From the NCBI GenBank assembly GCA_964387425.1, contig CAYLXP010000001.1, positions 19,452 through 83,451 on the forward strand: a stretch of 64,000 bases of DNA, written 5' to 3'. The notes under the pieces were generated by a model that did no database searches, was not told the origin of the DNA, and worked only from the letters and a program-made list of their open reading frames with translations. The position numbers and the translations under genes are program-made. Positions 42,529-52,299 of the stretch are shown here, one piece after another. The DNA comes from an uncultured Victivallales bacterium (GTDB lineage Bacteria > Verrucomicrobiota > Kiritimatiellia > UBA8416). Numbering within the stretch: position 1 is the stretch's first letter; each line of letters opens with the position of its first letter.

Positions 42529-44478
42529 TTGATCCGACGACTATCCACTCCTATTGCGGGAGCCCTGCTGGCGCTTGTCCTGGCCGGGTGCGTGACGGGA
42601 AAAACACCGGCCCCGGATCCCGTGAGCACCACCCCGGCATCGACGCCCGAGATCGCTCCCGCCCTGCTCCAGGCCCAGCAACTGTTTGAGGAAAAGCGAT
42701 TTGCCGCCGCATTGACCTCCTATATTGAGGTACGCCGACGCCTGCCCGAGACCCCCGGCCTGGAAGCGATGCGGCAGAAGATTCTGACCGCCATCGAGGA
42801 GGAACGGGTTCAGCAGACTCTCCGGCGCAACGAGCTCTCCCAGCAGCAGATGGCTACGGAGGCCATGGAGAAGAGCGAAGTCCCCGAGACGTACGGTGCC
42901 CAGCGCTTCGTGCGCCGCGTTCTCAAGACACACCGGCGTCCGCCCGGGGCCATGGAGCAGGTGCTGGCAACGCCGGTCACGATCCACCTCCAGCAAGCCT
43001 CGCTATCAGCGTTCATCACGGCCGTCTCACAGGACAGCAAGATCAACATCATTGCTGACGCCGGCCTGGGCGCAGGCAAAGCCCTGGATATCCAGGTAGA
43101 CGAAGTCCCCCTCAGCGATGTCCTCGACTATGTCTCCCGCAACCTGGGTGTGCGGTTCTACGTGGGCGACAAGCTGATCTGGGCTACCGATGCCAAGACC
43201 GCCAAGAACGCACCGCTGGAAACCCGTGTCTATCGGCTCCACAAGGGCGTTCAGCTTCACGATTCGGACTGGGATGAGGCTAAGGTGGCCAGCAAGAGTC
43301 CCAACAGTGACCGAATCGCCATCTCGGCAAGCGCTACCGAGCTTTCCAACAAGACAACCTACCTGGAAGAGATCATTACCCAGTTTGTGCCCGTGGTGGA
43401 GGGCGCCCAGCACCACTTTGATCAGAACACGCATGCGCTCTTCGCCCGCAACACCCCTGACAACCTTGAGCTGATCGAGGAGATTATCACGACGCTGGAC
43501 GTCACACCCCCGCAGGTCCTGATCGAGGCCCGTTTCGTCGAGGTCACCGTGGCAGACCTACGCGAGCTCGGCATCGACTGGATTCTTGGCTCGCCGCTGG
43601 GCGTTACGAAGGAATCGGTGCTCATCAACGGTCAATGGCAGCGCGTGAACAAGACGGAAATCGATAGCGGCAACATCATCAACTACTCGCCCTACACCTC
43701 CGACGCTGACGGACCGTCTCCGCTCGGACCGCAGGGCGCGTTCGGACTCGTGCGTGATGGAAACCCATCCACGTCCGATCGTGGCCTGAACATGACCTAC
43801 CGCGGCATTCTTACTCAGCCCATGTTCCAAGCCGTCCTGCATGCGCTCGATGTCTCAGGCAAAGGGCACACGCTGTCGGTTCCCCGCGTGACAACCTTGA
43901 ACAACAATCCAGCCAAGCTACGACATGGCGAAGACCTCCGCTTCTTCGAGGAATTCCAGGCGCAGGCCTTCACACTGCTCGATGACAACAACAAGCGCTA
44001 CACGGTAACGGCGCTCATCCCCAAGGGGAAACCGTCACTCGAAGAGATGGGCATCACGCTGGTCGCGGTCCCGAGTGTCGGAGCGGACCTGCAGTCGATC
44101 AGCCTGCTGCTCAGCCCCGCGATAACCTCGCTGGAGGGCTTCGTCTCCTACCAGGAGCGCTCGGGAGACAGTTCTTCAGAAGAGCGATTCGTCGATATCG
44201 AGCAAGTCGTGGTGAAGCTGCCGATTATCTCGCGGCGCGAAATTCAGACCAAGGTGGTCGTGGAAAGTGGTGAGACCGTGGTCATGGGCGGCCTCGTCGA
44301 CACGGTCAAGCAGGAGACCAAGCAGAGCGTCCCGTTCCTGGGGTCGATTCCCCTCCTGGGCAAGCTGTTCCAGCGAATGGACATTACCGAACAGAAACGT
44401 AATCTCCTGGTGTTCGTGACCGCTACGGTTGTGTCTGAGCGTGGCGAGAACGTCGTCGCAACCACTACAAGCGAGTAA
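42529..44478 (+). CDS. secretin (PilQ/GspD family), lipoprotein-type N-terminus
   Basis: 649 aa starting at TTG behind a GGGAGG Shine-Dalgarno. Has lipobox LVLAGC and an STN-like domain (LSAFITAVSQDSKINIIAD). The C-terminal secretin signature is VVMGGLVDTVKQETKQSVPFLGSIPLLGKLF. Confidence 0.85.
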   Translation: MIRRLSTPIAGALLALVLAGCVTGKTPAPDPVSTTPASTPEIAPALLQAQQLFEEKRFAAALTSYIEVRRRLPETPGLEAMRQKILTAIEEERVQQTLRRNELSQQQMATEAMEKSEVPETYGAQRFVRRVLKTHRRPPGAMEQVLATPVTIHLQQASLSAFITAVSQDSKINIIADAGLGAGKALDIQVDEVPLSDVLDYVSRNLGVRFYVGDKLIWATDAKTAKNAPLETRVYRLHKGVQLHDSDWDEAKVASKSPNSDRIAISASATELSNKTTYLEEIITQFVPVVEGAQHHFDQNTHALFARNTPDNLELIEEIITTLDVTPPQVLIEARFVEVTVADLRELGIDWILGSPLGVTKESVLINGQWQRVNKTEIDSGNIINYSPYTSDADGPSPLGPQGAFGLVRDGNPSTSDRGLNMTYRGILTQPMFQAVLHALDVSGKGHTLSVPRVTTLNNNPAKLRHGEDLRFFEEFQAQAFTLLDDNNKRYTVTALIPKGKPSLEEMGITLVAVPSVGADLQSISLLLSPAITSLEGFVSYQERSGDSSSEERFVDIEQVVVKLPIISRREIQTKVVVESGETVVMGGLVDTVKQETKQSVPFLGSIPLLGKLFQRMDITEQKRNLLVFVTATVVSERGENVVATTTSE

Positions 44479-44483
44479 GGGCC

Positions 44484-46028
44484 ATGCTGCACTACACGGA
44501 GGCCATCGGCCTCGACATTGGCAGTCACGCAGCGAAAGCCGTTCATATTCGGCGACGGTGGGGCCGCGTTAACATCGAGATGGCGGTACGGGTCCGCCTC
44601 CCCCAGGATGTTGCGGAGCGACAACGCGTCCTCGAGTCGTTTGTCACCAAGAACGGCTGGCGCGGGCTTCCCTGCGTTCTGGCGCCACCTGTTGATGGCG
44701 TCATGCTGCAGTCGATTGACGTCGATCCGCAAGACCCCCGCCCCATCGCCAGCATTGTCGATCTCGAGATGTCTCAGCTCAGCGGGCTTTCCGAATCCAC
44801 GACTATTCGTGACTACATTGTCACGCGCGACATTGCAATCCGCCATGTCCTGCTGGCCGTAGGACGCGTCGATAGCGTCCAGGCCGCGGTGGACCTCGCG
44901 ACGGCAGCGGGTCTGCGCCCCGTCCAGGTGACGCCGCAATCCACCGCTCTCTACAACGTGGTGGCTCGCCAGTGGCGTGGCCCACGCAAATCCAGCTTCA
45001 TTATCGTAGACGTCGGTCACAGCCGGACAACCGTTGTCGTGGGAACCCGAACCCGCCTGCTGGATGCACGGCACATTCCGCTCGGTGGCGCTGCATTCAA
45101 ACGCGGCCTGCGCGAGCTGGGCACGGAGTCCGGCAGCACAGCCTCCGCCGAACTGGACCGTTGGATCGATGCGCTCGCCGCGTGCTTGTCTGTCTGCGCG
45201 GGTATGGACGGCGACGACAACATCTCGCCACCAGAAGCGATTATTCTTACCGGCGGCGGGGCTCGGATTGAAGGTCTGCGAGAGCGACTTACCACAAGGT
45301 TCGATCAGCCGGTTTCGTTGCTGGGACGTTTTGCAGGCAGGTCGCAACTCGAGCATAGCGAACGCATGGCACTTGCCACCGGGCTGGCAATGGCCGGCAT
45401 GGGAATGGGACGTATCCGTTTGACCCTGCTGCCGGCATCAACGCGCGAGGCCATCACGCTGCACTCCCAGGCCGCTTACTGGATTGCCAGCGGCATTGGC
45501 CTGATCGTGGCAATCCTGACCCTCCTGGCAGGCACGGCTCTCGACCTGCATCGCACACGAACCAGTCTCACGAACGCCGAGGAGAGGTTGCGCACGCTGA
45601 CAGATGCCGAGGAGTCACTGGAGTCGCTTCGGCAGCGCAACATCGAACTCGAAGACCAGATCAGGCCGTTCACATCGCTCGTGCATAACGGGGATATTCT
45701 GCGCACGGCAATCGGCGCTGTTACGCGCGCGCGCCATCCGGACGATTGGATAACGCGCATCGCAGATGCAACCTGCTACTTCAACGACCAGGGTGAGCCA
45801 CCCGAAGGCATAACTGCCTTTGACCAGATCGTCGTTGAGGGGCACACCCCGGCCACGGACCTGGCCACGATCCGCGCGATGATTGACACCCTACGTAACA
45901 GCCCCGGCATTCTGGATGCAGATCTCCTTGGGGATGATGCCCTGGAGAGCACAGACGATAGTGCCATCCCCCCGGAACGGGACGATTCCGCAGCTTTTGC
46001 TATTGAACTAACCCTGCCAACACCATGA
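44484..46028 (+). CDS. PilM-like actin-fold ATPase fused to a PilN-like TM/coiled-coil domain
   Basis: 514 aa with IGLDIGSHAAKAV and IILTGGGARIEGL (PilM/FtsA-like), then the TM helix AAYWIASGIGLIVAILTLLAG, a coiled coil and an alpha/beta tail. Confidence 0.7.
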   Translation: MLHYTEAIGLDIGSHAAKAVHIRRRWGRVNIEMAVRVRLPQDVAERQRVLESFVTKNGWRGLPCVLAPPVDGVMLQSIDVDPQDPRPIASIVDLEMSQLSGLSESTTIRDYIVTRDIAIRHVLLAVGRVDSVQAAVDLATAAGLRPVQVTPQSTALYNVVARQWRGPRKSSFIIVDVGHSRTTVVVGTRTRLLDARHIPLGGAAFKRGLRELGTESGSTASAELDRWIDALAACLSVCAGMDGDDNISPPEAIILTGGGARIEGLRERLTTRFDQPVSLLGRFAGRSQLEHSERMALATGLAMAGMGMGRIRLTLLPASTREAITLHSQAAYWIASGIGLIVAILTLLAGTALDLHRTRTSLTNAEERLRTLTDAEESLESLRQRNIELEDQIRPFTSLVHNGDILRTAIGAVTRARHPDDWITRIADATCYFNDQGEPPEGITAFDQIVVEGHTPATDLATIRAMIDTLRNSPGILDADLLGDDALESTDDSAIPPERDDSAAFAIELTLPTP

Positions 46029-46864
46029 GCGTTAACGATCCAATCAACGTCGCATCAGCCCGTCACCGCGTTGTGACCATTCTCAGGATCACTGCCGGGT
46101 GCATCCTGATTGCGAGTGTAACGCTCTATCACCACGTCCGCGAAACACGGCGCGTGAATGACGACCTGGTCGCCGCGCGTATGGCAATCCGGGCACGCAA
46201 GCAACAGTACGTGCAACGGTCGCTCGCAAACCAGATCGCCGAAGCCGAACAGCGGAACCAGCAACTCGAGCAGGCCTGGGAACAGCACCGCCTCCAGGTG
46301 GACACCTTCCACGGTATGCTTCCGGAGCGGGTCCGTGTCGCGGCCGGAGAGGACGCCCGGATCGACTTCAAGGTAGCGCTCTTCAACGCTCGCGAGACGC
46401 TGCAGGCCTTGGCCCAGGAGAGCGGCGTGAAGCTGACCGATGACCTGGGTATTGCAGAGACCATTGCCACCGAGGATGACACGGAAACACGACTTTGGGA
46501 GCTTGGGGCCGTCATTCGCCTCGTGGAACTTCTGATCTCCAGCGGCGTGGCCACCATCGATACCATTGAAGCCCTGCCTCCGTTCGTTTACGCCGAAGTG
46601 CCGGATGAGAACGAGCACACGCTGGCCTTTCCGGTCCGGGTCAGCCTGCAGTGCTCATATGCGCAGCTCTATCCGCTCCTGTCCGTTCTCTCCCGGGAGG
46701 AGTGCTTCTATGCAATCTCTCAGTGTGACATCTCAAGACCCACCACGGACAGCAACCACCTGCGTGTACAGCTTGTTTGCAGCGCTTTGCGATTCCTTGT
46801 CGGCAGCGCCGATACCCCGGAAACCGAGGGACGATCCTCTCGCAGACAAGGAGGTCGAGGATGA
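46025..46864 (+). CDS. PilO/GspM-like bitopic assembly protein
   Basis: 279 aa with one TM (VVTILRITAGCILIASVTLY), a coiled coil and then a globular domain. Has ATGA overlaps on both sides. Confidence 0.5.
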   Translation: MSVNDPINVASARHRVVTILRITAGCILIASVTLYHHVRETRRVNDDLVAARMAIRARKQQYVQRSLANQIAEAEQRNQQLEQAWEQHRLQVDTFHGMLPERVRVAAGEDARIDFKVALFNARETLQALAQESGVKLTDDLGIAETIATEDDTETRLWELGAVIRLVELLISSGVATIDTIEALPPFVYAEVPDENEHTLAFPVRVSLQCSYAQLYPLLSVLSREECFYAISQCDISRPTTDSNHLRVQLVCSALRFLVGSADTPETEGRSSRRQGGRG

Positions 46865-47553
46865 GAATAGGCTCTCTGCGTTCGATCTATCGCGTAAATG
46901 TCCGCTTTGTGACAGCACTCTGTCTCATCTGCGCCCTACTGGCAGCCGGCTGGGTGGCATCGCGTGTGGCCTCCTGGGAACCCCACCTGCCGGTCAACCC
47001 GCCGGCTTCTCTCATCCCGCCCCCACCCGCGGGCGAGTGGCACCGAAGCGACACGCCGGAGCCCGCGTGGGAGGAAGCGGACCCATTCACGTCACCCTAT
47101 CTTGAGGCCCGCCTCGCGGCGGAAGAAGCCGCGCGGGAAGCAGAGAGGGCGCGTCTCGCGGCGGAAGCGAAAGCACGGGCGGAAGCAAAGGCGCAAGCAG
47201 ATGCGGCCGCCAAACTGCTTGAACAGCAGGCCCAGGCAGTGGCAACCGCTGCAAAGAAGAAACCACCCGCCAAACCAGCACCGCCTCCTGCGGTGAACCC
47301 AAGGGCACCACGCACCGTCACTTTCGTTTACCGCGGTATACTCACCCGTACGGATGGAACAAGCGTAGCCATCATCGAACAGGCCGAGAACGGCAAGACA
47401 GTCCTGCTGAAGGCAGGAGACAGCGTCGAGGGATTCCGCGTAGCCAGCCTCGATCGTGCCACGACCGTGCTGACCACAGCAGACGGCAAGACCGAGCACT
47501 CCCTACCGGTCGGGAAGCCGGTGAAACTGACCCCGGAGAACCAGAAGCCATAG
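46861..47553 (+). CDS. PilP/GspC-like protein with Ala/Glu/Lys-rich helix
   Basis: Starts at ATG 46861 (MRIGSLRSIYRVNVRFVTALCLICALLAAG). Has the low-complexity stretch AEEAAREAERARLAAEAKARAEAKAQADAAAK and a C-terminal beta domain (VTFVYRGILTRTDGTSVAIIE...). Confidence 0.45.
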   Translation: MRIGSLRSIYRVNVRFVTALCLICALLAAGWVASRVASWEPHLPVNPPASLIPPPPAGEWHRSDTPEPAWEEADPFTSPYLEARLAAEEAAREAERARLAAEAKARAEAKAQADAAAKLLEQQAQAVATAAKKKPPAKPAPPPAVNPRAPRTVTFVYRGILTRTDGTSVAIIEQAENGKTVLLKAGDSVEGFRVASLDRATTVLTTADGKTEHSLPVGKPVKLTPENQKP

Positions 47554-47556
47554 ACC

Positions 47557-49296
47557 ATGACATCAGACACACAGAGTGATAGCCTTCCACTTGCCCAAGC
47601 CATCGCCAGCCCCGTGCGTTCCGTGGCCGAGGTGATGCACAAGGTCGCCGAAATCCTTGTGGCCGGAGAGAAGCTTACCGCCGACCGCATGGAGGAACTC
47701 GAACACCGGGCCGAGTGGCTGGACGAACCGCTCGACCGCATCATCCGGCGGGAACGTGCCGTTCCGCAGACAGACCTGCTGGACGCCGTGAGTGCCGTCA
47801 CCGGCATTCCCGTCTGCAGGCTTGGGCGCCTCAACATCGATGCCGATACGCTGACCACCGTGCCAGCCAAGCTGGCTGACCACTACCGAATCATGCCACT
47901 CTCCCTCGACTCCGGCACACTGACCGTCGCCTCCTATCGGGTGTATGACGTCGCCGAAGAAGACCAACTCCGCGTTGTGATCGGACACCCGCTCCGCTGG
48001 ATCCTGGCCCCGTCGCGGGATATCTCCGAGAGCATCAAACATTTCTACGGCGTCGGAATCAGCACGCTTCTGACGCAGGAAGATGACGGGAGCGGTGACG
48101 GCGAGGATGACAAACAGGATGCAGGCACGATTGTCCGGTTTGTCGAAGATATCCTTACGGACGCCATTCGCTCTGACGCGACAGATCTTCACTTCGAGCC
48201 CTACAAGCATGAACTCCAGCTCCGGTACCGTATTGACGGAGTCCTCTCCCGCATTGCGTTGCCGCGCGGCGTCGAACGGCATCGCCGGGCGATTATCTCG
48301 AGCATCAAGGTGCTGGCGCAACTCGACATTGCAGAGAAGCGCCTGCCGAAGGACGGTCGATTCTCGTTTGAAGTCGACGACATCCCCTACGATGTTCGCG
48401 TCTCCGTGCTGCCAACCCGCCATGGCGAAGCAGTCAACCTGCGCCTCCTGAACAGCCGCAGCACGTTAATGACGCTGGATGAACTTGGGCTGCGGAAGAC
48501 CCAACTGGACTGCATTGAGGATCTCACATCGCAACCGCATGGCATGGTGCTTTTCGCAGGCCCCACCGGCAGCGGCAAGACCACCAGTCTCTATGCCACG
48601 CTGGCTCGCCTGAACGAAGAAGCCCGCAAGATCATCACGATCGAAGATCCCGTTGAGTACCAGATTCGCGGGATCACACAGCTCCAGGTCCATCCGGAGA
48701 TCGGCTTCACCTTCGCGTCCGGTTTGCGCTCCGTGCTACGGCACGATCCCGACGTGGTGCTGGTCGGCGAGATCCGCGACGATGAGACCGCTCGAATTGC
48801 CATCGGGGCAGCCATGACGGGACACCTCGTGCTCAGCACGCTGCACACCAACGACTCCGTAAGTGCAATCCCGCGCCTGATGGACATGGGCGTCGAGCCC
48901 TATCTCGTCGCCACGGGAGTCACCGGCGTCGTATCCCAACGCCTCGTACGGCGCATCTGCAAATCCTGCAAGGCCCCCGTCGAGATCGACGACACCGTGC
49001 GCCAGCGAGTCCTGGACGAATGCAACGATCACGTTTTGCCTGCCAGCTTCGTGGAAGGGCGTGGCTGTCCCGACTGCCGGTTCACCGGTTATCGCGGCCG
49101 ACGGGCGATTGTTGAAACGCTTGTTGTGGATGACGGTCTCCGTTCCCTGGCCGCCGAGCGCGCCCCGGGATCCGTTCTGCTGGAGTATGCACTCGAGCAC
49201 GGCTTGGCCCCTCTGCGTCATGAAGGCTGGACAGCCGCCATTGAAGGGGACACAACCGTAACCGAGGTAATGCGCGTTACGCGGCGTCTAGACTAA
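47557..49296 (+). CDS. type II secretion / type IV pilus assembly ATPase (GspE/PilB family)
   Basis: 579 aa with a T2SSE_N-like N-terminus, Walker [12 protein letters not shown], Walker [10 protein letters not shown], His box [11 protein letters not shown] and tetra-Cys CKSC...CPDC. Confidence 0.9.
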   Translation: MTSDTQSDSLPLAQAIASPVRSVAEVMHKVAEILVAGEKLTADRMEELEHRAEWLDEPLDRIIRRERAVPQTDLLDAVSAVTGIPVCRLGRLNIDADTLTTVPAKLADHYRIMPLSLDSGTLTVASYRVYDVAEEDQLRVVIGHPLRWILAPSRDISESIKHFYGVGISTLLTQEDDGSGDGEDDKQDAGTIVRFVEDILTDAIRSDATDLHFEPYKHELQLRYRIDGVLSRIALPRGVERHRRAIISSIKVLAQLDIAEKRLPKDGRFSFEVDDIPYDVRVSVLPTRHGEAVNLRLLNSRSTLMTLDELGLRKTQLDCIEDLTSQPHGMVLFAGPTGSGKTTSLYATLARLNEEARKIITIEDPVEYQIRGITQLQVHPEIGFTFASGLRSVLRHDPDVVLVGEIRDDETARIAIGAAMTGHLVLSTLHTNDSVSAIPRLMDMGVEPYLVATGVTGVVSQRLVRRICKSCKAPVEIDDTVRQRVLDECNDHVLPASFVEGRGCPDCRFTGYRGRRAIVETLVVDDGLRSLAAERAPGSVLLEYALEHGLAPLRHEGWTAAIEGDTTVTEVMRVTRRLD

Positions 49297-50945
49297 ACGC
49301 CTGCTGCAGCATAGGCATCGGCCACGATCTGCTTCGCTTCGGACTGAAGCTGCCGCAGATGATCCTCACCCTTGAAGCTCTCCGCATAGATCTTGCAGAT
49401 ATCTTCCGTACCCGAGGGGCGCGCGGCAAACCATCCGTTGGCCGTGAGCACTTTCAGTCCACCAATCGGCGCATCATTGGCCGGCGCTGCCGTCAGCGTG
49501 GCTTCAATGGGATCGCCCGCCAGGGTATCGGCCGTTACCTGCTCAGGAGAGAGCTGAGAGAGAATCTGCTTCTGATCCTTGCTGGCCGGCGCGTCAACGC
49601 GGGCATAGGCGGGAGCACCAAACGTGGTCTCCAGTTCCCGGTAGTGCTCTCCCGGATCCTTGCCGGTAACCGCCGTGATTTCTGCCGCCAGTAGATCGAG
49701 AATGATCCCATCCTTGTCGGTCGTCCACACGGTTCCATCTTTGCGCAGGAATGAAGCCCCGGCGCTCTCTTCGCCGCCGAACCCGTATGAACCGTCGACC
49801 AGCCCCTCGACGAACCACTTGAAACCAACCGGCACTTCAGCCAACTGACGCCCGAGGGCATTTGCTACGCGGTCAATCATGGCGCTGGATACCAGTGTCT
49901 TGCCGATGGCGGCGTCTTCACGCCACCCCGGCCGGTGCTGAAAGAGGTAGTTGATCGCAACCGCCATGTAGTGGTTGGGGTTGAGCAGACCCGAGCTGGG
50001 AGTGACAATCCCGTGGCGGTCGTAGTCGGCGTCGTTTCCGAACGCGATATCGAACCGGTCCTTCAGCGCAATTAGGCCGGCCATGGCGTACGGGGATGAG
50101 CAGTCCATGCGGATCTTCCCATCGTGGTCGACGCACATGAACATGAAGGTGGGATCGGCATCGGGATTCACGATCTCAATATCGAGTCCGTACGTCTCTG
50201 CAATCGGCTTCCAGAAGCCAAGCCCGGCGCCACCCATGGGATCCACGCCAATTTTCAAGCCGGCGGAACGAATCGCCTCCATGTCGATGACGTTCTCGAG
50301 GTCATCCACGTAGGGCTGAACAAAGTCAATCTCCTGCGTCGTGGAGGCGGCCAGCGCCTCCTTGAACGCGATGCGTTTCACCGCCTTCAGACCATCGGCG
50401 AGTATTGCATTGGCGCGCTCCTGCACCTGTTTGGTGATATCCGTACCGGCCGGTCCTCCCGAGGGAGGGTTGTACTTGAACCCACCATCACCGGGGGGAT
50501 TGTGCGAGGGCGTAATCACCACGCCATCGGCCAGCGGGGCGGAGGCGTCGCGATTGTGCTGCAGGATAGCATGCGAGATGACGGGGGTCGGGGTGTAACC
50601 TCGACCTTCCTGGAGTCTCACCTCCACGCCGTTGGCACCGAACACCTCGACCGCGCTGACGAGGGCCGGCTCCGAGAGGGCGTGCGTGTCCATGCCAATG
50701 AACATGGGGCCGGCAATGCCGTTGGCATCACGATACTCAACGATAGCCTGCGAGACCGCCAGGATATGCGCTTCGTTGAAGCTTAGCTCTGTAGACGTGC
50801 CACGATGCCCGGAGGTGCCGAAAGAAACGGCCTGCGCGGGGATGGCTGGGTCCGGGGTGCCGGTGTAGTAGGCCGATACAAGTCTTGGAATATTGGTGCG
50901 CAGTGCCGCGGGTGCGGGCTTACCGGCAAGTTCATGTACGCTCAT
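49293..50945 (-). CDS. pgm: phosphoglucomutase (alpha-D-glucose phosphate-specific)
   Basis: 550 aa with the phosphoserine loop [15 protein letters not shown] and an E. coli Pgm-like N-terminus (AGKPAP...LVSAYY). Confidence 0.92.
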   Translation of the reverse strand: MSVHELAGKPAPAALRTNIPRLVSAYYTGTPDPAIPAQAVSFGTSGHRGTSTELSFNEAHILAVSQAIVEYRDANGIAGPMFIGMDTHALSEPALVSAVEVFGANGVEVRLQEGRGYTPTPVISHAILQHNRDASAPLADGVVITPSHNPPGDGGFKYNPPSGGPAGTDITKQVQERANAILADGLKAVKRIAFKEALAASTTQEIDFVQPYVDDLENVIDMEAIRSAGLKIGVDPMGGAGLGFWKPIAETYGLDIEIVNPDADPTFMFMCVDHDGKIRMDCSSPYAMAGLIALKDRFDIAFGNDADYDRHGIVTPSSGLLNPNHYMAVAINYLFQHRPGWREDAAIGKTLVSSAMIDRVANALGRQLAEVPVGFKWFVEGLVDGSYGFGGEESAGASFLRKDGTVWTTDKDGIILDLLAAEITAVTGKDPGEHYRELETTFGAPAYARVDAPASKDQKQILSQLSPEQVTADTLAGDPIEATLTAAPANDAPIGGLKVLTANGWFAARPSGTEDICKIYAESFKGEDHLRQLQSEAKQIVADAYAAAGV

Positions 50946-51117
50946 GCTGAAATCCTCGTTGTTGCATCATCGTCGTCTGGCGTTCTTGGGTGCGCCTCTT
51001 CAAACAGACAAGGCGTATGCTTAAGGACTCCGAGCGAACAGGTCAACTATGATCTTGCAAAGGCCCCGTCTCTAGTGCCACCTTCCTCCGATATCGAACA
51101 GCGGAAAGCAGGACGAA

Positions 51118-52011
51118 ATGGCAGAACAGGAACGAAAACCTGAGTGGCTGCGTGTTAAACTGACGCATACCGAGGCCTACTCGGAGGTGAGCAAACTGGT
51201 TCACGGGCAGAAGCTGCATACCGTGTGCGAAGAGGCCATGTGCCCCAACATCCACGAATGCTGGGGACGGCACAAGACAGCCACGTTCATGATTCTTGGA
51301 GAGACCTGCACGCGGGCCTGCCGGTTCTGCGCCGTCAAAACGGGCAAGCCCCTCCCCCCTGACAACGACGAGCCGCGCCGGATCGCGGAGTCCGTGCGGG
51401 CGATGCAACTCAAACATGTCGTCGTCACCATGGTTACGCGTGACGATCTCCCTGATGGCGGCGCGGACATTGTCGCCAAGACCGTGTACGCCATCCGCGA
51501 GGAGGCCCCCGAGTGTACCGTCGAGGTCCTGGTCTCCGACATGGGCGCCAACCCCGACTCCGTTAGGGTCATCGCAGAGAGTGCGCCGACCATCAACAGT
51601 CACAACCTGGAAACGGTCCGCCGACTGACGGCCACGATCCGGTCACGCTCCGACTACGACCGCTCCCTGCGCTATCTCGAGATGGTAAAGGAGATCGCAC
51701 CCAACGCTATCACCAAGTCGAGCCTCATGCTGGGACTGGGAGAGACGCGCGACGAGATCCTGGAGTCGCTGGATGATTTGCGACGTGTCGACGTCGACAT
51801 CGTCAACCTGGGGCAATACCTGCAGCCCACGAAACGGCACGCCCCGGTCGAACACTACTGGCCACCCGAGGAATTCGCCGAATTCAAGGAGGCCGCGATG
51901 CAAAAGGGCTTCGCTTACTGCGAATCCGGCCCTCTCGTCCGCTCCTCCTACCACGCCGGCGCCCAGTACGATGCGTTTCTGCGAAATCTACAGGAGTCCC
52001 GCCAGGCTTGA
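51118..52011 (+). CDS. lipA: lipoyl synthase
   Basis: 297 aa with CEEAMCPNIHECW and the radical-SAM motif CTRACRFCAV. Confidence 0.95.
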   Translation: MAEQERKPEWLRVKLTHTEAYSEVSKLVHGQKLHTVCEEAMCPNIHECWGRHKTATFMILGETCTRACRFCAVKTGKPLPPDNDEPRRIAESVRAMQLKHVVVTMVTRDDLPDGGADIVAKTVYAIREEAPECTVEVLVSDMGANPDSVRVIAESAPTINSHNLETVRRLTATIRSRSDYDRSLRYLEMVKEIAPNAITKSSLMLGLGETRDEILESLDDLRRVDVDIVNLGQYLQPTKRHAPVEHYWPPEEFAEFKEAAMQKGFAYCESGPLVRSSYHAGAQYDAFLRNLQESRQA

Positions 52012-52066
52012 TATTGGGATTGACAAAACGGCGCGCCTTGGTATCTTGCGCCCTTCACGAGACCAT

Positions 52067-52141
52067 TCCTGCGTAGCTCAATGGTAGAGTAGGTGGCTGT
52101 TAACCACTTGGTTGTTGGTTCGAGTCCAACCGCAGGAGCCA
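52067..52141 (+). tRNA. tRNA-Asn (anticodon GTT), CCA encoded
   Basis: Folded by hand: acceptor TCCTGCG/CGCAGGA, anticodon loop CTGTTAA, T-arm GTTGG TTCGAGT CCAAC, discriminator G, then CCA. Confidence 0.9.
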
Positions 52142-52152
52142 GATTTTGAGAA

Positions 52153-52185
52153 AGACCCGAGAGTCAGCTCTCGGGTCTTTTTTTG
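52153..52185 (+). terminator. intrinsic terminator after tRNA-Asn
   Basis: An 11-bp stem AGACCCGAGAG / CTCTCGGGTCT with loop TCAG, followed by TTTTTTT. Confidence 0.85.
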
Positions 52186-52299
52186 CCTGTCACGACAGGA
52201 CGAGAACCACGGGGTCGACGAAGGCGGCATTTGGATCAATGCCGCAGTTGGCGTTTCGTCAGGCTTTCTACATCTCTGCGACAGTGCTAGTCTTAGCGC

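Noticed and set aside
49293-49296. A 4-nt tail-to-tail overlap of the PilB/GspE and pgm stop codons was considered as a special regulatory feature.
   Set aside because: Such minimal convergent overlaps are common in compact genomes. It is noted only as the boundary of the secretion cluster.
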